The notes under the pieces were generated by a model. The model saw nothing but the letters and a program-made list of their open reading frames with translations. It searched no databases and was not told the DNA's origin. This document shows, in pieces, positions 59,474 through 64,000 of a stretch of 64,000 bases of DNA. Made by a program: the position numbers and the translations under genes. Every line of letters begins with the position of its first letter. Positions within the stretch are counted from its first letter, which is position 1. Source of the stretch: Deltaproteobacteria bacterium (GTDB lineage Bacteria; Desulfobacterota; Dissulfuribacteria; Dissulfuribacterales; UBA5754). The DNA is taken from NCBI GenBank assembly GCA_036574075.1, contig JAINCN010000021.1, positions 64,652 through 128,651 of the forward strand. Direction: 5' to 3'.

Positions 59474-60352
59474 ATGACACAACCCCCTCAAAAAAAAGGA
59501 AAGATCCAGTTTCAGTTGGGATGGGGAGGGCTTTTCGCCGTCTTCGCAACGAGCGTCTGCGTCCTTCTATGGGTCTTCATCCTCGGATTCTGGGCGGGCC
59601 AGAAGGTAATGCACCGGGGATCACCCCCGTCATTGCCGGAGACCCAGACATCCATCCCCGCTGAGCAGTCTGCACCCCCCATACCGCCACCGACACATGA
59701 AGCCCTGCCTCCGGTGGCTCCCACTTCCCCTCCGAAGGCTCCCACTTCCCCTCCGAAGGCTCTTACGTCCCCTCCGGAGGCTCCCACTTCCCCCCCGGAG
59801 GCGCCAGCCCCTGAACCGCCTCCAGCGCAAGATGCCGAGGTGTCACGGGAGACCACAAAAGAGACCCTCCCCCCGCCGGCACCTGCCTCACCCGTTGCAA
59901 GGCCCGCACCCGAGACTCCCAAGGAAATCCCGCCTCCACCAGTTGAGACGAAACGCCCTTCAGTAAGCCCCCCACCTCCTGCGCAGCCAACCCCGCAGTC
60001 CGCCTCAACTCCCGTTGAGACGAAACGCCCTTCGGTAAGCCCTCCACCTCCTGCGCAGCCAACCCCGCAGTCCGCCTCAACTCCCGCAAAGACAAAAGAT
60101 ACGGCTGTCGGGACCTATTTCACCCTACAGATCGCCTCCTTCAAGGATCGTGCCCAGGCGGAACATGCGGCCCAAAACTGGGCTGACAAGGGGTACCGGG
60201 CACGTGCAACAGGTGTGGACCTCGGGGCCAAAGGCACGTGGTACCGCGTCTATATCGGGCGATTCGAAACGCTTGACGAGGCCAAGGCCTTTGAGAGGAT
60301 CATCTCCAAAAAGGAAGGGATCAAGGCGTATATCGTCTCTGTAAAGGACTGA
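59474..60352 (+). CDS. SPOR domain-containing protein (septal peptidoglycan binding)
   Basis: 292-aa ORF with a TM anchor, a long Pro-rich repetitive linker and a C-terminal SPOR domain (YFTLQIASFKDRAQAEHAAQNWADKGYRARAT...WYRVYIGRFETLDEAKAF). Confidence 0.88.
   Translation: MTQPPQKKGKIQFQLGWGGLFAVFATSVCVLLWVFILGFWAGQKVMHRGSPPSLPETQTSIPAEQSAPPIPPPTHEALPPVAPTSPPKAPTSPPKALTSPPEAPTSPPEAPAPEPPPAQDAEVSRETTKETLPPPAPASPVARPAPETPKEIPPPPVETKRPSVSPPPPAQPTPQSASTPVETKRPSVSPPPPAQPTPQSASTPAKTKDTAVGTYFTLQIASFKDRAQAEHAAQNWADKGYRARATGVDLGAKGTWYRVYIGRFETLDEAKAFERIISKKEGIKAYIVSVKD
59717..59800 (+). repeat. 4 x 21-bp tandem repeat (APTSPPK/E heptads) in the SPOR protein linker
   Basis: Units lie at 59717-59737, 59738-59758, 59759-59779 and 59780-59800. 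The first two are identical (GCTCCCACTTCCCCTCCGAAG). Confidence 0.85.
59942..60085 (+). repeat. 2 x 72-bp tandem duplication (VETKRPSVSPPPPAQPTPQSASTP) in the SPOR protein linker
   Basis: 59942-60013 versus 60014-60085 differ at 2 of 72 positions, both synonymous (TCA/TCG, CCC/CCT). Confidence 0.9.
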
Positions 60353-60357
60353 TCCCT

Positions 60358-60810
60358 ATGATCCGCAAGGCAAAGATCACGGACGTCAATGAGATCCATG
60401 CCATCCTCACCCATTTTGGGCAAAAGGGCCTCCTCCTTCCCCGGTCACGAAGTGAACTTTATGACCAGCTCAGGGATTTTACCGTATATGAAACCGATGA
60501 AGGACATATAGCCGGCTGCACGGCCCTCCACATCTGCTGGGAGGACCTTGCCGAGATCCGCTCCCTGGCTGTACTGGAAGGGCACCAGGGCAAGGGGATA
60601 GGCCGAAGGCTCGTCCAGGAGTGTCTCTCCGAGGCGATCGCCATCGGCATCTATCGGGTCTTCACTCTCACGTATCAGCAAGGATTCTTCCTGCGTCTCG
60701 GATTCCGGATCGTGGACAAGTCTCTCCTTCCACATAAGGTATGGTCCGACTGCATCAAGTGCCCCAAATTCCCGGACTGCGACGAAACCGCCATGTTGAT
60801 GGAGATCTAA
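60358..60810 (+). CDS. GNAT family N-acetyltransferase (short ArgA-like amino-acid acetyltransferase)
   Basis: 150-aa ORF with acetyl-CoA motif A LAVLEGHQGKGIGRRLV. Lies in an arginine-related neighbourhood (argS, argJ). Confidence 0.8.
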   Translation: MIRKAKITDVNEIHAILTHFGQKGLLLPRSRSELYDQLRDFTVYETDEGHIAGCTALHICWEDLAEIRSLAVLEGHQGKGIGRRLVQECLSEAIAIGIYRVFTLTYQQGFFLRLGFRIVDKSLLPHKVWSDCIKCPKFPDCDETAMLMEI

Positions 60811-60813
60811 TCC

Positions 60814-63354
60814 ATGATCAATGCCGTAATCTCTCGAATATTCGGGACCAAACACGAGCGGGAAATCAAGAAGCTCTCTCCCCTCGTGGACCAGATAAAC
60901 AGCCATGAATCCGCGATCTCGTCCCTCTCAGATCCGGAGCTTCAGGCAAAGACCGCCGAGTTCAAAGAAAGGATCGAAAAAGGCGAGTCACTCGACTCCC
61001 TTCTGCCAGAGGCATTTGCCGTGGTCCGGGAAGCGGCCCGTAGGACCCTGGGCATGCGGCACTACGACGTGCAGCTCATCGGCGGCATCGTCCTGCATCA
61101 GGGAAAGATCGCCGAGATGAAGACCGGCGAGGGAAAGACCCTCGTGGCCACCCTGCCCGTTTATCTAAACGCCCTCACGGGAAGGGGAGTCCATGTCGTT
61201 ACGGTAAACGACTACCTCGCCCGCCGGGACTCCGAATGGATGGGAAAGATCTACCGTTTTCTCGGTCTCGAGGTCGGAGTCATCGTCCACGGGCTCGACG
61301 ACCGGCAGAGAAAGGCCGCCTACGCAGCAGACATCACATACGGGACCAACAACGAATTCGGTTTCGATTACCTCCGGGACAACATGAAGTTTTCCCTTGA
61401 TCAGATGGTCCAGAGGGACTTCCACTACGCCATCGTGGACGAGGTAGACAGCATCCTCATAGACGAGGCCCGGACACCCCTCATCATCTCGGGACCGTCG
61501 GAACAATCCACGGACCTCTACTACCGGGTGAACCAGATCATTCCGAAACTCGTCAGGGACGAGCACTTCACCGTGGACGAAAAGGCACGTTCCGTCACCC
61601 TGACGGAAGAGGGCATAGGAAGGGTGGAAAGGCTCCTCGGCGTGGATAACATCTACGCCGCCGGCCAGACCGAACTTCTCCACCATGTTGAGCAGGCGCT
61701 CAAGGCCCACGCCCTTTTTCAGCGGGACGTGGACTACATCGTCAAAGACGGCCAGGTCATCATTGTAGATGAGTTTACGGGACGGCTCATGCCAGGACGG
61801 CGGTACAGCGAAGGTCTCCACCAGGCCCTCGAGGCAAAGGAGGGGGTCAAGATCGAGAGCGAGAACCAGACCCTTGCCTCCATCACCTTCCAGAACTACT
61901 TCCGCATGTATGAAAAGCTCGCCGGCATGACCGGCACCGCCGAGACCGAGGCCGAGGAATTCGCCAAGATCTACCGGCTTGACGTGGTCGTGATCCCCCC
62001 TAACAAGCCCATGATACGCCAGGACCTTCCTGATCTTGTCTTCAGAACGAAAAAAGAGAAGTTTGCAGCGGCTGCAAAAAAGGTCAAGGCCCTCCACGAA
62101 AAGGGGCAGCCCGTCCTCGTGGGGACGACGAACGTCGAGACCTCCGAACACTTCTCATCCATCCTGAAGGGCATGGGCATCCCCCACGAGGTCCTGAACG
62201 CCAAGTACCACGAACGTGAGGCAGAGATCGTGGCCCATGCAGGTGAGCGCGGAAGGGTCACCATCGCGACCAACATGGCGGGCCGCGGCACCGACATCGT
62301 CCTCGGCCCCGGAGTAGTCGAGCTCGGCGGGCTTCACATACTTGGGACCGAACGCCACGAATCGCGCCGCATCGACAACCAGCTCCGTGGACGTTCCGGA
62401 CGCCAGGGCGACCCAGGCTCGTCCCAATTCTATCTCTCCCTTGAGGACGATCTCCTCCGCATCTTTGGCTCCGACAGGATCTCCGGCATCATGGAAAAGC
62501 TCGGCATGGAGGAAGGGGAGCCCATCGAACACCCTATGCTCACAAAGGCCATCGAAAACGCCCAGCGAAAGGTGGAGGCCAGAAACTTCGAGATCAGAAA
62601 GCACCTCCTCGAATACGACGACGTAATGAACAAGCAGCGTGGGGTCATCTACTCCCAGAGGCGTCAGATACTCAAGGGCGAAAACCTTCGAGAAGAGATC
62701 TTCGGCTTCATAGACGACATCTCTTCCTCCCTTGCCTCTACATACGCAGACGAAAAGACCCGTCCCTCCGATTGGGACTGGAAGGCGCTCGAGGAACGTC
62801 TCATCGGCCAATTCGGCGTGGCATATACCTTCACACCCGAAGAAAAGGAAACAGCCCAACCAAAAGGCCTCAGGGAGCGTATCGCCAGTCTTCTCAAAGA
62901 GGCATATGCCGCTCAGGTCGAACGGTTCGGGGATGAGGCCATGGCCTCGATCGAGCGTTACGTCATGCTCCAGAACCTGGACACCTTCTGGAAGGACCAC
63001 CTCCTCAACATGGATCACCTCCGCGAGGGTATCGGTCTCAGGGGATACGGCCAAAGGGACCCCCTCCAGGAATACAAGCGGGAGGGATACGATCTCTTCA
63101 TGGCCATGATCGAGGGCTTTCGTATGGAGACGGTCGGGATCCTACTGAGGATCCAGCCCGCACCTGCCAACGAGGCCAGGATCGAGGAACTCGAGGAGAA
63201 AAGAAAACGTGAGCAGGGGCGTATCACCTTCAACCGCGAGGGGGACCAGACGCAAAAACCTGCACATAGGACCTCTGACAAGATAGGACGAAACGCACCG
63301 TGCCCATGCGGAAGCGGGAAGAAGTACAAAAAATGCTGCGGTCGTCGGGTATAG
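60814..63354 (+). CDS. secA: preprotein translocase ATPase SecA
   Basis: 846-aa ORF with [15 protein letters not shown] (Walker A), [19 protein letters not shown] (DEAD-like) and a C-terminal zinc finger [14 protein letters not shown]. Confidence 0.95.
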   Translation: MINAVISRIFGTKHEREIKKLSPLVDQINSHESAISSLSDPELQAKTAEFKERIEKGESLDSLLPEAFAVVREAARRTLGMRHYDVQLIGGIVLHQGKIAEMKTGEGKTLVATLPVYLNALTGRGVHVVTVNDYLARRDSEWMGKIYRFLGLEVGVIVHGLDDRQRKAAYAADITYGTNNEFGFDYLRDNMKFSLDQMVQRDFHYAIVDEVDSILIDEARTPLIISGPSEQSTDLYYRVNQIIPKLVRDEHFTVDEKARSVTLTEEGIGRVERLLGVDNIYAAGQTELLHHVEQALKAHALFQRDVDYIVKDGQVIIVDEFTGRLMPGRRYSEGLHQALEAKEGVKIESENQTLASITFQNYFRMYEKLAGMTGTAETEAEEFAKIYRLDVVVIPPNKPMIRQDLPDLVFRTKKEKFAAAAKKVKALHEKGQPVLVGTTNVETSEHFSSILKGMGIPHEVLNAKYHEREAEIVAHAGERGRVTIATNMAGRGTDIVLGPGVVELGGLHILGTERHESRRIDNQLRGRSGRQGDPGSSQFYLSLEDDLLRIFGSDRISGIMEKLGMEEGEPIEHPMLTKAIENAQRKVEARNFEIRKHLLEYDDVMNKQRGVIYSQRRQILKGENLREEIFGFIDDISSSLASTYADEKTRPSDWDWKALEERLIGQFGVAYTFTPEEKETAQPKGLRERIASLLKEAYAAQVERFGDEAMASIERYVMLQNLDTFWKDHLLNMDHLREGIGLRGYGQRDPLQEYKREGYDLFMAMIEGFRMETVGILLRIQPAPANEARIEELEEKRKREQGRITFNREGDQTQKPAHRTSDKIGRNAPCPCGSGKKYKKCCGRRV

Positions 63355-63355
63355 C

Positions 63356-64000
63356 ATGAAGATCCCCGGATTTCTCGCATCCGCCGTACCAGCAGGCATA
63401 AAATATCAAAACCGGCTCGACCTCGGCCTCATCCTTTCCCGCGTCCCCGCGGTTATTGCCGGGGTCTTCACCACGAACGCCGTAAAGGCAGCCCCGGTCA
63501 TTGCCGGGATCGAAAGGATCGCCCATGGCCCATCGTATGCACGGGCGATCGTCGTGAACAGCGGAAACGCCAACGCATGCACGGGCGATCAGGGCATGAA
63601 AGACGTGGAAACAACGGCTCGACACGTGGCCCAGTCCCTCGGGATAGAGCCGAGGGATGTCCTCGTGTCATCCACAGGGGTAATCGGACGCCCCCTGCCC
63701 ATGGAAAGGATCAAGGCCGCCATCCCTAAGCTCGTTGCCGGACTCTCCGAGGACGGCCTGGAGCAGGTTGCCAAGGCCATCCTCACAACGGATCTCGTCC
63801 CAAAGACGGCGATCCGGCAGATCCGCATCCGCGGCACGAGCGTGACCATCGGGGGGATCGCCAAGGGCTCGGGCATGATCGCGCCGTCCATGGGCCCACC
63901 TCATGCGACCATGCTCGCATTCCTCATGACCGACGCTGACCTTGATCCCGCTTGGGCCCGGGCTGCCCTGGCCAGGACGACCGATGCCACATTCAACCGC
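63356..64000 (+). CDS. argJ: bifunctional ornithine acetyltransferase / N-acetylglutamate synthase ArgJ (3' end off window)
   Basis: ATG at 63356, 1 nt after the secA stop, with the frame open to the window end. MKIPGFLASAVPAGIKYQNRLDLGLI...VFTTNAVKAAPV...VVNSGNANACTG...GIAKGSGMIAPSM...ATMLAFLMTDA includes the ArgJ self-cleavage region ATML. Confidence 0.88.
   Translation, partial: MKIPGFLASAVPAGIKYQNRLDLGLILSRVPAVIAGVFTTNAVKAAPVIAGIERIAHGPSYARAIVVNSGNANACTGDQGMKDVETTARHVAQSLGIEPRDVLVSSTGVIGRPLPMERIKAAIPKLVAGLSEDGLEQVAKAILTTDLVPKTAIRQIRIRGTSVTIGGIAKGSGMIAPSMGPPHATMLAFLMTDADLDPAWARAALARTTDATFNR

Noticed and set aside
61165-63054. Two long minus-strand ORFs (328 and 299 aa)
   Set aside because: Both are antisense to secA, whose frame carries Walker A/B motifs and the C-terminal zinc finger. 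They are GC-driven shadow ORFs.

Overview
This is a high-GC (about 60%), gene-dense bacterial chromosomal window. About 60 protein-coding genes can be supported, and I saw no rRNA, tRNA or CRISPR array. The gene content (MglA/MglB, futalosine menaquinone genes, a Tol cluster, an MSHA-like pilus machine) suggests a deltaproteobacterium-like organism (Thermodesulfobacteriota/Myxococcota grade), but that is inference only.

Layout:
- 1-8570: a signalling and motility island. It holds two tandem CheB-like response regulators, an HDOD protein, and a tightly packed plus-strand operon of mglB, mglA, an orphan 556-aa protein and a TPR-fused PilB/GspE ATPase.
- 8699-19465 (minus strand): a convergent MSHA-like type IV pilus / T2SS-like machine. 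It encodes two pilins, a TPR protein, a secretin, PilP/O/MN-like proteins, an ExeA/MshM ATPase, a GspF platform protein and an MshE-like ATPase.
- 19540-64000: mostly housekeeping genes. These are rsmB-fmt, a peptide ABC transporter fragment, a PAS histidine kinase, mqnB-mqnD, tolQRAB-cpoB, comF, icd, a radical SAM gene, mltG, IHF/HU, sppA, rpsA, queC, rpmB, relA/spoT, proS, ispG, a GT2/flippase-like/GT39 cluster, tonB-like, divIVA, kup, NUDIX, ddl, argS, a SPOR protein, a GNAT, secA and partial argJ.

Most interesting observations:
1. The MglAB polarity module is co-operonic with a protein carrying a possible CheW-like domain and with a TPR-PilB fusion. It sits next to a pilus machine whose own ATPase has a canonical tandem MshEN c-di-GMP-binding motif.
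2. The two adjacent CheB-like regulators have complementary degenerate catalytic triads.
3. There is a roughly 175-bp, highly structured MITE-like element with 13-bp terminal inverted repeats and target-site duplications. Two full copies lie in opposite orientation, with one to two fragments elsewhere. One full copy supplies the stop codon of the mshM-like gene inside the pilus operon.
4. Near-perfect 82-bp direct repeats bracket kup.
5. Two decayed signalling-gene remnants are present: a frameshifted, truncated PAS sensor and a receiver-domain C-terminal fragment.

All domain calls were made by eye from motifs, and no searches were run.
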